From NCBI GenBank assembly GCA_951406725.2, contig OX597827.1:75950001-76014000 (forward strand): DNA of 64,000 nt. The letters are read 5' to 3'. Shown here in pieces: positions 41,259-55,824 of this stretch. Origin of the DNA: Octopus vulgaris (taxonomy: Eukaryota). The notes beneath the pieces were generated by a model. It did not search any database and was not told where the DNA came from. It saw only the letters and a program-made list of their open reading frames with translations. Both the position numbers and the translations under genes were made by a program. Within the stretch, counting starts at the first letter, position 1; each line of letters opens with the position of its first letter.

Positions 41259-43738
41259 CTTATTATATTAGATATGTTTAATTTTGAGGAAATTTTATTT
41301 CAGTTAAAGTTCTACTTTATGTTTTGTTCTGGCCCCTCTCAGACTTTAACTTCTCATCTCCATCCCCTAGCATAAAGCCACCACCTTCTCTAATGTGGCC
41401 CACTCAGCTGAAGGGGATCTTAGCAACATTTCTAGATCTAGTAGGAGGAGGAGACCCCTTTGGTCATGACACAGACCGTGGGATTGCATCTAGAAAGTTA
41501 CCCTCCCAGGCACAAGTCCGGGCAAGGTTGTTTATGGAAGACCAGCAGTCGCCCATTCATACCAGCCTCCCCTCTCCACACCACTAATGTTATCCAAGGG
41601 GAAGGCAAAGGGGCTGATACAGCTTGGCACCAGTGATGTCGCAACTCATTTGGCATCCAGCCGTAGAAACACTGCCAGATCAGACTGGGCCTGATGCAGC
41701 CTTCTGGCTTCACAGACCCCTGTTGAACCGTCCAACCCATGCTAGCATAGAAAACGGACGCTAAATGATGATGATGATGATGATAATGAGTGAACTGGAG
41801 CAATGTCAAATAAAGTGTCTTGCTCAAGAACACAACACGCAGCCCAGTCCGGGATTTGAACTCACAACCTCACGATCGTAAGCTCGACACTCTAACTACT
41901 GAGCCATGTGCCTTCACTGAGAGCTAGCAGTACCATGAAAAAGATCACGTAGTACCCTCGGCAAAGTGGTTGGCATTAGGAAGGGTATTCAGCCATACAA
42001 ACCATACCAAATTGGACATTAGAACACATTGTAGTCACTGGATCTGTTAGATCCTGTCCAATCCATCAAACACATACCAGCATGGAATATGAATCTCATC
42101 CACCTCAACCTTCCCCTCTTAGTAGTGGAAGTTTTTTCGTTCCGTTTTACATTTTTATGTCACTCAAATTACATGGCAACCCCTCAAGTGACAGTGACAG
42201 GAAAAAAGCACCCAGTACACTCTGTAAAGTGGTTGATATTAGAAAAGGCATCCAGCCATAGAAAACATGCCAAATCTCAGTGGCCTTGCAGCTCACCAGA
42301 TCTTGTCAAACCGTCCAACCCATACCAGCATGCTAAGCAGGCTTTCAATGATGATAAAACACCTCTTTAGTTACACCTGTAATTACAGTTGTATTCAAAA
42401 CATAAAAATGCAAAGAAAATTTAAGAAACAAAATTTTGCAGTAGTTGAAAAACAGACCAGAAATAAAAACACCAAATCAACAAAAATATATCCCAGTCAA
42501 ATGTTTTCCATCAAATGTACGTGTTTCAGAAGGCTACCCTTGTCCCTGGAAAAGATTGTATGTGACCTTAAAACTACAGATTTCTTACCTCAGATCAAAG
42601 ACATTCCAGTCACATTAAAACTATCTAATGTGTTTTGTTGTATCTCAGGAAAGTTGATTCATCAATAAGAAACAATTTTACTTTCTTAATATTCATCAAT
42701 TGGTGAACTATTTAAACCAATACTTTGATTAATCATTTATTAAATAATTGATAAGTAGTGTTTTGTTACCATTTGCCATGTCTTTAATGACATGTCCTCT
42801 CTACTCTGTGTCAGTATCAGGTTTGTTTGTCTTCTATGGTTAAATGCAACTGGTGCATTTGTTTATTTTTGGTAGAGTGATGCTCCAAGATACATCATCA
42901 TCATCATTTAGTGTCCACTTTCCATGCTAGCATGGGTTGGACAGTTCAACTGGGGTCTGGGAAGCCAAAAAGCTGTACCTGATCTGGCAATGTTTCTACG
43001 GCTGGATGCCCTTCTTAATGCCAACCACTCCGTGAGTGTAGTGGGTGCTTTTTATGTGCCACCGGCAAACAGCCCCGGTCGGATGGTGCTTTTTATGTGC
43101 CACTGGCACGGGGGCCAGGCGAGGCTGGCAACGGCCACGATCGGATGGTGCTTTTTACATGCCACCAGCACTGGTATCACAGCTGCAATTTCCATATATA
43201 CCACAAAATATATTTCAATACAGAAATTTATGTCAGGAACCTTGCAAACCAAAAACAAAGATGAAATATCAAATATATTATTTTCTTACTTAAAACTGCA
43301 TAGTATTAACTGAATGAGATTTGGCTGCTATTTCTAGCAAGTGGTGGGACCAAGTTGAAGCTCTCCCATTGGCACAAACAATGCAGGTTTTCAACGTATC
43401 TATAAATGTAGGATCTGGGTTTGCACCACTCTGATATTTATACTGGGTCTGTTAGCAATGTCAACAGACAGTGTTATATTTAGGCAGTTTCTTTGATATT
43501 TTCTATCTTTCAATCTTGGTTTGGTGTTATGGTCGTCTGACTGCCTGAATATACCTACTTGCATTTACATTACCAACTTAACTAACAACATTAATAGTAA
43601 CTTAGTTACTTACCTACCTATCTATCCACCAATGTAACAACCTATGGAGTTTCCTATCTATCTATCTATCTATCTATCTGTCTGTCTGTCTGTCTATATA
43701 TTTATCTATCTATCTATCTATTTATCTATCTATCTATC

Positions 43739-43863
<125 letters not shown>

Positions 43864-43883
43864 GTATCGCCATGTTGAATCGT

Positions 43884-44078
43884 TAGCTCCTGCACGCAAT
43901 TTTTTTCTCTCCTTGTTTCTCTCCATGTTTCTTTTCTGTGTATCTTTCTGTTGAAGAGAATAGGCTCCAAACGTAAAAGACTTGTTTTATTTCTATTCCT
44001 GAGCGCCATACTAATACAATTGTTTGTTTGTACTCCACCTGCCTTCGTCTTTTGTTTATTTTCGTAAAGCTTCCCGTT
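43884..44078 (+). mobile_element. Penelope-type short element with degenerate minimal hammerhead (43943-43980)
   Basis: Reads TCTTT-CTGTTGA-A-GAGA-atag-GCTC-CAA-ACGT-A-AAAGA. It shares a downstream tcctgagcg motif with the 7677 family and ends at (TA)n. Confidence 0.55.
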
Positions 44079-44301
44079 ATATATATATATATATATATAT
44101 ATATTTCTTTCTTTCTTTCTTCCTTTCTTTCTTTCTTATTAGTGGTTCGGGTATTCAGCTCATGATCATAAGGATTTGGCTTGAGTTTAATACCTGCCAG
44201 TGTATTGTGTCCTTGAGCAAGATACTTCATTTCCTGTTGCGCCAATCTACTCAGCTGGTGAAACTGAGTAGTACCTGTATTTCAAAGGGCCAGTCTTGCT
44301 A

Positions 44302-45585
44302 AATCTCCCTGATAACTATGCTAAGGGTACCCTCTGAGAATATCCCTGAGAACTACATTAAGGGTACTCCTTGAGAATCTCCCTGAGAACTATGCTAAGG
44401 GTTCACTCTGAAGATCTCCCTGAGAACTACACTAAGGGTACCTCTTGAGAACTATGCTAAGGGTACACTCTGAAGACCTCCCTGAGAACTACACTAAGGG
44501 TACCCTCTGAGAATCTCCTTGAGAACTACGCTAAGGGTACACTGATGATCTCCCTGAGAACTACACTAAGGGTACCCTCTGAGAATCTCCCTGAGAACTA
44601 CACTAAGGGTACCCTTTGAGAATCTCCTTGAGAACTATGCTAAGGGTTCACTCTGAAGATCTCCTTGAGAACTACACTAAGGGTACCCTCTGAGAATCTC
44701 CCTGAGAACTACACTAAGGGTACCTTCTGAGACTCTCCCTGAGAACTACACTAAGGGTACCTCTTGAGAACTATGTTATGGGTACACTCTGAAGATCTCC
44801 CTGAGAACTACGCTAAGGGTACCCTTTGAGAATCTCCTTGAGAACTATGCTAAGGGTACACTCTGAAGACCTCCCTGAGAACTACACTAAGGGTACCCTC
44901 TGAGAATCTCCTTGAGAACTACGCTAAGGGTACACTGATGATCTCCCTGAGAACTACACTAAGGGTACCTCTTGAGAACTATGTTAAGGGTACACTCTGA
45001 AGATCTCCCTGAGAACTACACTAAACTTCATATGCTAAGGGTACCCTCTGAGAATCTCCCTGAGAACTACATTAAGGGTACTCCTTGAGAATCTCCCTGA
45101 GAACTACTAAGGGTACACTCTGAAGATCTCCCTGAGAACTACACTAAGGGTACCTCTTGAGAACTATGCTAAGGGTACTCTCTGAGAATCTCCCTGAGAA
45201 CTACGCTAAGGTACACTGATGATCTCCCTGAGAACTACACTAAGGGTACCCTCTGAGAATCTCCTGAGAACTAACTACCTTCATCTCCTGAGAACTACAC
45301 AAAGGGTACTCTTTGAGAATCTCCTTGACAACTATGCTAAGGGTACACTCTGAAGATCTCCCTGAGAACTACACTAAGGGTACCTTCTGAGAATCTCCCT
45401 GAGAACTACACTACCTTGAGAACTATGCTAAGGGTACACTCTGAAGATCTCCCTGAGAACTACACTAAGGGTACCCTTTGAGAATCTCCTTGAGAACTAC
45501 GCTAAAGGTACACCTGATGATCTCCCTGAGAACTACACTAAGGGTACCCTCTGAGAATCTCCCTGAGAACTACACTAAGGGTACA
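44302..45585 (+). repeat. Minisatellite of about 37 bp expanded inside a SINE (SINE about 44140-45680)
   Basis: Unit gaatctccctgagaactacactaagggtaccctctga with shorter variants, about 35 copies. It matches the single-copy SINE segment at 9860-9890. Confidence 0.95.
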
Positions 45586-45885
45586 TGTCTCAGTGGAATA
45601 CTCAGCCACTTATATGTTAATTTCACGAGCTGGTTGTTCCTTTGATTGGATCAAATGCAACGCTCATCATCGTAACCATCAGAGAAGGGATAAAGGGAAG
45701 AACCTGGACATGTGTGAATCAGGGGTTTGTTGTGAGGTGATGTAATTGGGGATTTCTGTGTTTATATCAAGCAGTTTCTTCCTTCCGGTTACCATTCAAG
45801 TGGACAAAAGATCCCTGGTCACTTATCTGACAAACATTAAGTTGCATGTCATGGAATTTTCTCGGAAGAATACAAATGCGAGAAA

Positions 45886-46255
45886 GGGGAAAGAGAGAGA
45901 GACAGAGACAGAGAAAGAGAGACAGACAGACAGAGAGAGAGAGAGAGACAGGCAGACAGACAGACAGAGAAAGAGAGAGACAGAGAAAGAGAGAGAGACA
46001 GGCAGACAGAGAGAGAGAGACAGACAGACAGACAGAGAAAGAGAGAGACAGAGAGAGAGACAGACAGACAGACAGAGAAAGAGACAGACAGACAGAGAGA
46101 GAGGTAGAGACAGAGAGAGAGAGACAGACAGAGAGACAGACAGACAGACAGAGACAGACAGAGAGAGAGACAGAGAGAGAGGTAGAGACAGAGAGAGACA
46201 GAGACAGAGAGAGACAGAGATAGACAGACAGACAGAACGAGAGAAAGAAAGAATG
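45886..46255. repeat. (GA)n/(GACA)n microsatellite
   Basis: Seen directly. Confidence 0.95.
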
Positions 46256-46782
46256 TGCTTATAATAATATTGGTGGTTCTAGACCCAAAGTGGTTCCCAA
46301 AGTGGGCAGTGGAAAGATCGAGGGGTCATTGAAGAAAAGTGGGGCAAAAATGGGATAAAAACAACAAAATAATGGGATAATTAGGTTAAGTTTTATTTGT
46401 GAAATACTCTTGTTTTGAATTTGTTGCAGAAAGTGATGTATGTTTGGGGGTGGTGGGAGGGACACAAGGAGTATGACCTGAGTGCCAAGGAGGCGGCAAC
46501 TGGGAACCACTGCTCTAGACATTAGTATTGGAAACAATACCATTGGTGTTGGTCGTTAAGGTAATTAGTATTGGTGAAGGCAGCGAGCTGGCAGAAATGT
46601 TAGCACGCTGGGTGAAATGCTTAGTGGTGTTTCGCCTGTCTTTACGTTCTGAGTTCAAATTCCGCCAAGGTTGACTTTGTCTTTCATCCTTTAGGGGTTG
46701 ATAAATTAAGTACCAGTTACATACTGGAGTCGATCTAATCGACTGTCCCCTCTCCAAAAATTTCGGGCCTATTGCCTAGAGT

Positions 46783-47015
46783 ACTCTTTTACTTGTTTCA
46801 ATCATTTGACTGCGGTCATGCTGGAGCACCGCCTTTAGTCAAGAAAATTGGCCCCAGGACTTATTCTTTGGAAGCCTAGTACTTATTCTATCGGTCTCTT
46901 TTGCCGAACCGCTAATTTACGGGTACGTAAACACACCAGCATCAGTTGTCAAGCGATGTTGGTGGGGGACAAACACAGACGCACAAACATATACACACAA
47001 TACATATATATATAC

Positions 47016-47049
<34 letters not shown>

Positions 47050-47212
47050 GATGGGCTTCTTTCAGTTTCCGTCTACCAAATCCACTCACAAGGCTTTGGT
47101 CGGCCCAAGGCTATAGTAGAAGACATATGCCCAAGGTGCCACGCAGTGGGAACGAACCCGGAACCATGTGGTTGGTAAGCAAGCAACTTACCACAAAGCC
47201 ATTCCGGCACCT
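46783..47212 (-). mobile_element. Full-length CORE-type SINE
   Basis: Reverse complement of 47439-47845. Confidence 0.85.
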
Positions 47213-47438
47213 GAAGTAGAAAAGAAAAAGGTAGCTAGTATTGGTGGCTGTTAAAATTGGTTGCTGCATAAGCCTTGTGGGTGAAAGAGGATTGAAGGAA
47301 CTTGTGTGGTGATGAAGTCTGATGGATGGGACCAGTGGCCTTGCCCTTTTATGCTGTATAACACCAGAGGGACTGACTCTGAAATCCGAAGGACAAATCT
47401 CGACACACAGTGTCATACTGATTCTGTTTCAGAAAGAT

Positions 47439-47845
47439 AGGCGCAGGAGTGGCTGTATGTTAAGTAGCTAGCTAACCAACCACATGGTTCCGGGTTCAGT
47501 CCCACTGCGTGGCATCTTGGGCAAGTGTCTTCTGCTATAGCCCCGGGCCGACCAATGCCTTGTGAGTGGATTTGGTAGACTGAAACTGAAAGAAGCCTGT
47601 CGTATATATGTATATGTATATGTGTGTGCGTGTATGATTGTGTTTCTGTGTTTGTCTCCCTAGCATTGCTTGACAACCGATGCTGGTGTGTTTACATCCC
47701 TGTCACTTAGCGGTTCGGCAAAAGAGACCGATAGAATAAGTACTGGGCTTACAAAGAATAAGTCCCAGGGTCGAGTTGCTCGATTAAAGGCGGTGCTCCA
47801 GCATGGCCGCAGTCAAATGACTGAAACAAGTAAAAGAGTAAAGAG
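47439..47845 (+). mobile_element. Full-length CORE-type SINE
   Basis: tRNA-like head, cttgggcaagtgtctt core, internal microsatellite and gtaaaaga tail. Another copy lies at 56119-56593. Confidence 0.9.
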
Positions 47846-49069
47846 AGCATATTAAGAACACAGCTGTCTTTGGAATACTCGACCACTTTAGACTGTAGCT
47901 CAGTAAGAGATAGAAATTGTGTGAAAGCTTGTCGGATGCACTGCTCCTGTAATTCCAAAGTATGGCCAAGTTCCACACAGTGTTCTGTCAATTGTGTTTC
48001 AGAATTGCAGTAACGGAACCAGTGTCTGTGGAATACTAACGGCATATTTCTATGGAGAGATTGTTCCAATGATCCGGACAGCAGGACTACTCAGCATCAA
48101 AATCGAAGTGAGATCAATCTATTTGTGTGTATGTGTGCATTATATAGTATTGTATAGATGCACATATAGTGTGTGTGTGTGTGTGTATATATTTATACAT
48201 GTATGTATATACATATATGAGTGTGAGCGTACTTTAGAAATGTATTTGCATACAAATAGTAACAGTATGTATGGTCGCTGGCATAAGGCTGTGGAGTGTG
48301 TGTATGTTTGTGTGTGTGTGTGTGTGTGGATTGATGCATTTGTCTGCGTATATGTGTGACTAGATGTTTCACTATGCAAATGAATGTGTGTAAGTGTATG
48401 CGTCTACGAATATGACTCTGTATGCATATGTAATTTTATATCATTCAACATATAAGTCACTGTATATATGTATGTAGATTTGCTTAAATACCTATGTTCA
48501 CTGTACATTGAATATTCCCTTGTCTTCCTAGCATGAGTACATATGTGTGTATGTATATATATATATATATATATATGCATGTGTGTGTGTGTGTGTGTAT
48601 CTCAGAGTGTATAGATACTATATACGTATATGCACATATGAATGTATGAAAGTGTGTGAATATATATGTGTATCTCAGAGTGTATAGATACTATATACGT
48701 ATATGCACATATGAATGTATGAAAGTGTGTGAATATATATACATACTATATATATATATATATATATATATGCATATATGTATGTGTGTATGTATGTATG
48801 TATGCCAGATCAGTATCTCTGAATGCAGCTATGTATGTGTAGATATGGATATACTTCTGTATAAGTAGATGTTTATTGCATGTATGCTGATGTGTGTGAG
48901 TGTGTATGTGTGTGTGTGCGTGTGTGTACTTGTGCGTGTGTGTACAGTGTGTGTGCATGTGCATGTGTGTATGTTTGCAGAGATAGATGTCTTATATATA
49001 TATTAGTCTGCATGAAATATATATGGGTCAACATATACATGTTTCTAACTCTTTGTATGTATGTCAGCT

Positions 49070-49105
<36 letters not shown>

Positions 49106-49219
49106 TGTGTGTGTATGTGTGTGCATGTGTGATGATAACAAATATTGATTTAGCTAGAAATGGTCATTTCCAAAGATGTGTGGATATATATATTGCTACA
49201 TATGTGGGTATATGTATAC

Positions 49220-49333
<114 letters not shown>

Positions 49334-49354
49334 GAATATATGCATGGAAGTATG

Positions 49355-49386
<32 letters not shown>

Positions 49387-49566
49387 CATACATACATACA
49401 TGTGTGTGTGTGTGTGTGTGTACATATATGAATAGATGAATGTGTATAGATATATTGATTAATGTAGAGATCTCAGTTTCAGTGAGTGCTTATATCTGCA
49501 TATATATATCTGCATATATATATCTGCATATATATATCTGCATATATATATCTGCATATATATATC

Positions 49567-49613
<47 letters not shown>

Positions 49614-50023
49614 ATATGTATATGTATAGATATACGTACGTTCATATGTGTGTGTGAGTGTGCATGAATAATTTCCTCATAGTATTTCTGTAAATGTATA
49701 AATGTGTATATATGTTGGCATATGTGAGGTAGTACCTATAAATTTATATGTGCTTTTCTCTATTTGACAGTATATATACCTATAAAACTGTGGGCTTTGT
49801 GCATTCCACTCTTTATAACAGAATCCACACACAATATACATATATATATATATATATAAAAATACACACATGCATAAAAATATACATATACATATATACA
49901 TATGTATGTATATGTATGTATGTATGTATGCATGTATGCATGCATGCATGCATGTATGTGCGTATGTATGTGTGTGTGTATGTATGTATGTATGTATGTA
50001 TGCATGCATATATGTATGTATGC

Positions 50024-50086
<63 letters not shown>

Positions 50087-50222
50087 TATGTATATGTATT
50101 TATACATACATGCATACTTATAATTGTGGACATCCAATATTGAACATATATATTGAACAGGTATAATTTCTACCTTTATATGCTTAAATGCATGTATGAT
50201 ATATATTATATATATATCTATA

Positions 50223-51882
50223 CTAGAAGAATTACCCGGCGTTGCCCGAGTTACATACAATTGAAGAATTAGACTTTTCTGTTATATTTTCTCTAATGAA
50301 CTGAAATATCTATGTTTCGAATTTCATCAAAATTGCAGATGAGGGTTATTTCTCTCTTTACACACCCAAACAAAATTGTAATCATGCCACATGTATCCCA
50401 TACTACTGATTTTTATGTGCATATTCCAAAATTCCAGTCTTATTGAACCTGTTAAAAGGATTTTGCTCCTGAAAAATGGAGGTCATGGAGCTCTAAAATG
50501 TGAGAGTTAACGCCCCTATTAGGGGTGGGCATCTTAATGTCAACAAGAGAAGTTGAATTGTTGAGAATCTTTTTATCTTGGGTCTTATATCTATTGTTTG
50601 AATTTCTTTGAAATAGGAAATATATGTTCACTGGGTTTGTAAGAGAGAGCAAAGCTACAGGAAACCAAAAGACGAAGCAGTCAGCTACAGTACCCTAGTC
50701 GTTACCACTCCCAATGTAGTATTCTTCACCATGCAGGTGACAGGCACAGCCGTAAGATGCTTTGCGAATCTATAGCAATTGGAAGGGCATGACCCAACTG
50801 AAATAAACATTAACAACTGTGTGACATGAGGGCTAAGGAGAAACGAAAGTTGGAGTTTGCAAATGACCACTATACTGATACATAACTGGACAGAATAAAT
50901 TTACAATCTGTAAATGTCTTTGAATAACCAGTCACTCATCTGGGAAGGCCTTGAAATTAATGTTACCTTGTGGGGACTATGTGTGACCCAGTGATAATAA
51001 AAAGACTGAAAGGAGGTCTGCAATCAAATAACTTTACTCAACACTTTGCAACTGAATCAGTGGAGGCAAAGATCCTCTCATTTACTTGACAATTTATGCA
51101 CCACATTGCAGAAATCACAGTCTAAGTGTATGTCAAAGCAAACTCTTACACTCTTGTACCATTGAATTACAAAGAATGCTCATCTTCTATGCTCGGATGA
51201 CCCTACAGCTTCCAAGAGTACAACTATTCATCTTTGCTTAGATAAAATGACAAAATTGTGGGTGTTAAGTCCCCATGAAGGGGTCTTTCTAACTTGTAAG
51301 AAGATGAAATTTTATAAATATTACTTCATTTGTATCTAATATCTATGGTTAAAATTTCATCAACAGCAAAAATATATGAATTGTCACAGGGGTTGTGGCC
51401 CTTATGCATAGAATATAATTTCCAAATTTTGTAAAAATCCATTCAGTACTTTTGACTAAGTTTTGGATCATAAAAGAAACAACTAAAATTTGGGAGTTAA
51501 GGCCATTAGGGTGTCTTAGAATCTTCATGTGAAGTGGAAACTTTGAGAATTCTTCTTGATGTGTGTCAATTACCCATAGTTGAAATTTCATCAACATCGA
51601 AAATTTATGAATTTTCATGGGGGATTCTGCCCCCTTTAAGCCATCTGAAATTCAAACCAAACATATTACATTATACCCGCCCTTATGCATTGAATCTAAG
51701 TTTCAAATATCATGAGGATCTATTCAGTAATTTTGGTCCATGAAATTGTATGAAACACACAGCATTACCCTTCTCCCTAGGCTTCGATTTTGTGTTCCAA
51801 ATTTCATTATGATCGGTGCAGCAGTTTTCGAATGTATAAGTAATACACAAACACATAAAGACATTGTCTTTGATATAATAAA
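50223..51882 (-). mobile_element. Helitron-like element
   Basis: The minus-strand 3' end has the hairpin ctcgggcaacgccggg followed by CTAG|t. The far end resembles the terminus of 28282-28680. The far boundary is uncertain. Confidence 0.55.
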
Positions 51883-51934
51883 TATGAATGTACACAAATA
51901 TATACATGTATATATATATGTGTGTGTGTGAGTG

Positions 51935-51985
<51 letters not shown>

Positions 51986-52250
51986 AAGATAAATTGATAG
52001 ATACTACTGAGTGGGCAGGCAAAAATATGAGACACAGCATAGTGCTTTTTTTATGTTGATAAGCCTGGTACTTATTCTATTAGCTTCTTCTTGTGAAACC
52101 AGTAAGTTATGGGGATGTAAATAAACGAACAGCAGTTGTGAAGCAATGATGAGGGTGAAACACAGAAACAAAGTCACACACATACACTTAAATATATACA
52201 TACATATATATACGATTGATTTCTTTAAGTTTCTGTCTACGATATCCACA

Positions 52251-52286
<36 letters not shown>

Positions 52287-52337
52287 TGTATGTATGTATG
52301 TATGTGTGTATGTATGTATGTATGTATGTATATATGT

Positions 52338-52368
<31 letters not shown>

Positions 52369-52916
52369 AAGATAAATTGTGTGGGCAAACAAAAATATGA
52401 GATACTGCCTAGTTTTTTTTGTTTTTTTTTGATAAGCCTGGTACTTATTCTATCAGTTTCTTCTTGTGAAACCAGTAAGTTATGGGGACGTAGATAAACA
52501 AACACCAGTTGTGAGGCAGTGATTTGGGAGAAACACAAAGACACATACACAGACTTACGTATATACATACATATATATACGATTGATTTCTTTCAGTTTC
52601 TGTCTACAAAATCCACTGACAAGGCTTTGGTTGGTCTGAGGCTATAGCAGAAGACAGATGCCAAGTCACCACACAGTGGGACTGAACCCAGGACCATGTG
52701 TTTTGGAACGAAGTTTGTTACTACACAGCCTGCACCTATGTATGTGTGTGTGTGTATGTATGTATGGGTGTATATATGTATGCATGTATATATGTGAATA
52801 TATATGTGTACATATTACATGTACATCTATCTATATATATATATATACATCTACATATATACATGTATACATATACATCTATATGTATAGAAATAAATGT
52901 GTACATATACAGCTAT

Positions 52917-52947
<31 letters not shown>

Positions 52948-53110
52948 TACATAGGTGCAGGTGTGGCTGTGTGGTAACAAACTTTGTTCCAAAACACATG
53001 GTCCTGGGTTTAAATTTAAATTTAAAATAAAAGGGTGAGAAATTGAATATTAATTTGATTAATATGAATTGAAAACCAGTGGTATAGCATATAAGACCAT
53101 AGTGGGTCTT

Positions 53111-54415
53111 CATCATCATCATCATCATCATCATTTAACGTCCACTTTCCATGCTAGCATGGGTTGGATGATTTGACTGAGGTCTGGCAAACCAGACTCC
53201 AATCTGATCTGGCAGAGTTCTACAGCTGGATGCCCTTCCTAACGCCAACCACTCCAAGAGTGTAGTGGGTGCTTTTACATGCCACCAGCACGAGGGCCAG
53301 TTTGGTGGTACTGGCAACGGCCATGTCCAAATGGTGCTTTTTACGTGCCACCTGCACAGGAGCCAGTCCAATGGCACTGGCGACATCCTCGCTTGAATGT
53401 TTCACGTGCCAGCAGCACAAGTGCTAGTAATTCTTGCTCACAACATCATAAGCGGAAAGTGTAACCTCTCAAAAGAGCTGTTCTTCACTCCTGCTCCAGA
53501 GCGTCGGCTGCGGGGTCATTCCGAAAAGCTCTATCTGCGACGTTTTCATCTCAATCGAAGGAAAGGAGCTTTCTCCGTCTGGGTTGTGGGTCCGTGGAAT
53601 AAGCTGCCAGATGAGATGGTGAAGATGACGACGACCGCTTGGTTCAAGGTCTCCCTTGACCTCAAGTGGCCTGAACTCATTACATGAACACCACCCTGTA
53701 TATAACTCCATGTCCCCCTACATGGCCTTGCTCTTTGCTTTTTGAGCCAAAAAATTAACTAACTAACTAAGGCGACGCGGTAACGATCACATTCAAATGG
53801 TGTGTTTATTGTGCCACCGGCACAAAAGCCAGTTTGTTGCTCAGGCAATGATCTCACTCGTATGGTACTCTTAGCGCTCCACTAGCAACGGATGCCGGTC
53901 ACCGAGTTTGATTTCGACTTCGATTTCACTTGCCTCAACTGATCTTCTCAAGCAGAGTTTAGTGTCCAATGAAGAAAAGGCATGCATAAGTAGACTGGTT
54001 ACACCCCTAGCATAGGTCACAATGTAATGGTCACACTTGCGCTTGCCAAGTCTTCTGGAGCACAGCATATTTCCAGAGGTCCCGGTCACTAGTCATTGCC
54101 TCAGTGAGGCCCAATGTTTGAAGGTCATGCTTCACCACCTCATCCCAGGTCTTCCTGGGTCTACCTCTTCCACAGTTCCCTCAACTGCTAGGGTGTGGCA
54201 CTTTTTCACATAGCTATCCACATCCATTCTCGCCACATGATCATACCAGCGCAGTCGTCTCTCTTGCACACCACATCTGATGCTTCTTAGGTTCAACCTT
54301 TCTCTCAGGGTACTAACACTCAGTCGAGTATGCACACTGGCATTACACATCCATCGGAGCATGCTGGTTTCATTCCTTGCGAGCTTACACATATCCTCAG
54401 CAGTTACAGCCCATC
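53111..54415 (-). mobile_element. 5'-truncated RTE LINE (same family as 62290-64000) interrupted by a CR1
   Basis: WAVTAEDM..L.RNE.SMLRWMCN...CGVQERRLRWY.HV.RM, then 3' UTR modules and a (GAT)n tail at 53111. Confidence 0.85.
53430..53770 (+). mobile_element. CR1-group LINE 3' fragment nested in the RTE
   Basis: ILAHNIISGKCNLSKELFFTPAPERRLRGHSEKL..., closely matching 35937-36270, with an (AACT)n tail. Confidence 0.9.
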
Positions 54416-54589
54416 TTCTAGCAAAATGGATGTCCACTGTTAATGGTTCATCCCTCTTATATAATAGTTTAACTTTAATAGTTTCAGTATTAAAGTGAAA
54501 GTATCTGACATTACAATAGAGAGATGTTTTTGTTTCACTTTTAACATGTAATACTGAAATAGTGGAGAAGATATGATATTGCTGTGGGC

Positions 54590-55019
54590 TCGCCCTCGGC
54601 AAGAAGTTAGAAATTTTTTTGTCCATGACACTACATGGACCCTAAGTAAGGCATGTGTAAAAACTGACCATTCCCGAAGCATGAAAACCACTTGTAAATT
54701 TGTGTTTTGCTCATGGCAGCATCCTTGTAAGCTGTTTGAAACATGACAACTGTTTTGGCAACCATGTTCCCCAGAAGAAGACAGAATTTCATGGAAGCCC
54801 GCTGTTCCTTCATTTCAGCCATTACAAAAATCAGCAAACAGGGGAGAAGCACTGCAATGCAAAGATGTACCATGTGACAGTACGACTTTCATGTGACAAT
54901 GACACTTGGCAGACTGATGCCTGAGGATTACACCAAGTGACTTCTAGCAGCAGAAGGCTGAACTACAATGGGCTTGTCCCACAGAGGCCATTTCTAATTA
55001 CCTTTGGGTATCTCCTCAT
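54590..55019 (-). mobile_element. Mariner 5' fragment
   Basis: EQRASMKFC.LLG....T..M...AYKDAAMSKTQIYKWF..F..G, the N-terminal HTH of a mariner transposase. Confidence 0.75.
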
Positions 55020-55084
55020 ATGTATTTTTGTATGTATGTATGTATGTATGTATGTATGTATGTATGAATGTATGTATGTACTAA

Positions 55085-55330
55085 TCATATTTGTCGGGCA
55101 TGTGGAAGAGAGTGTAATTCGGCAGGAGGACTTAAACGACATGCAAAGGTACATGAAGCCCAATTACAACTACAGTCGGCTGTTACTGGTAAAGGTTTTA
55201 GCTGCCAATTTTGTACAAGACATTGTAGATCTTTAGCTGGGCTAAAAAGTCACATTCGATCACAGCACCAGTAACACTTAAGCTTCGTGCAATGGCCATA
55301 CTCGATAACGAGGAGGCAGCCATAATGTAT
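55085..55330 (+). pseudogene. Two-C2H2-zinc-finger C-terminus of an RTE-type LINE ORF with short 3' UTR
   Basis: HICRACGRECNSAGGLKRHAKVH and FSCQFCTRHCRSLAGLKSHIRSQH*. The short 3' UTR resembles that at about 16530-16570. Flanked by (TATG)n. Confidence 0.7.
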
Positions 55331-55764
55331 GTATGTATGTATTATGTATGTATGTATGTGGATGTACATATGTGTGTGAGCATCCTCTGCCTTGACAACC
55401 ATGTGTTGGCTGTAAACAAGTGCCTTTTATTTCCAGTCTTCCATAAAACCAAGTCCAGCCTTGGAGAAATACCATCTTGTAACAGGTGAAGGCTGGCAAG
55501 AGGAAGAGCAGGCAGCTCTAAAACGTCTGCCTCAAGACATTCCATGAATATATGTATGTATTCATTTATACACATATATATCTATGTATCATCCTCTCTC
55601 TCTATCTATCTCTCACAATCTTTCTCTCAATCAGTCTGTCTGTCTCTCATTCTCTCTCTCTCTCTCTCCATATATGGATATATGTATGTACGTATGTATG
55701 TATGTATGTATGTATGTATGTATGTATGTATGTATGTATGTATGTATGTATGTATGTATGTATG

Positions 55765-55824
<60 letters not shown>

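Noticed and set aside
44302-45585. CRISPR-like periodicity of about 37 bp
   Set aside because: Units are directly adjacent with no unique spacers, derive from a SINE, and sit in a eukaryotic context with no cas genes.
50590-50870. Possible Helitron helicase C-terminal remnant on the minus strand (TTLGVV...DCF...VAL..LTNP.NIY)
   Set aside because: The similarity is too weak to call by eye and would need a translated profile search.
55068-55274. Host C2H2 zinc-finger gene exon
   Set aside because: There is no TGEKP linker or splice context. The finger style and the short 3' UTR running into a microsatellite match RTE LINE C-termini.
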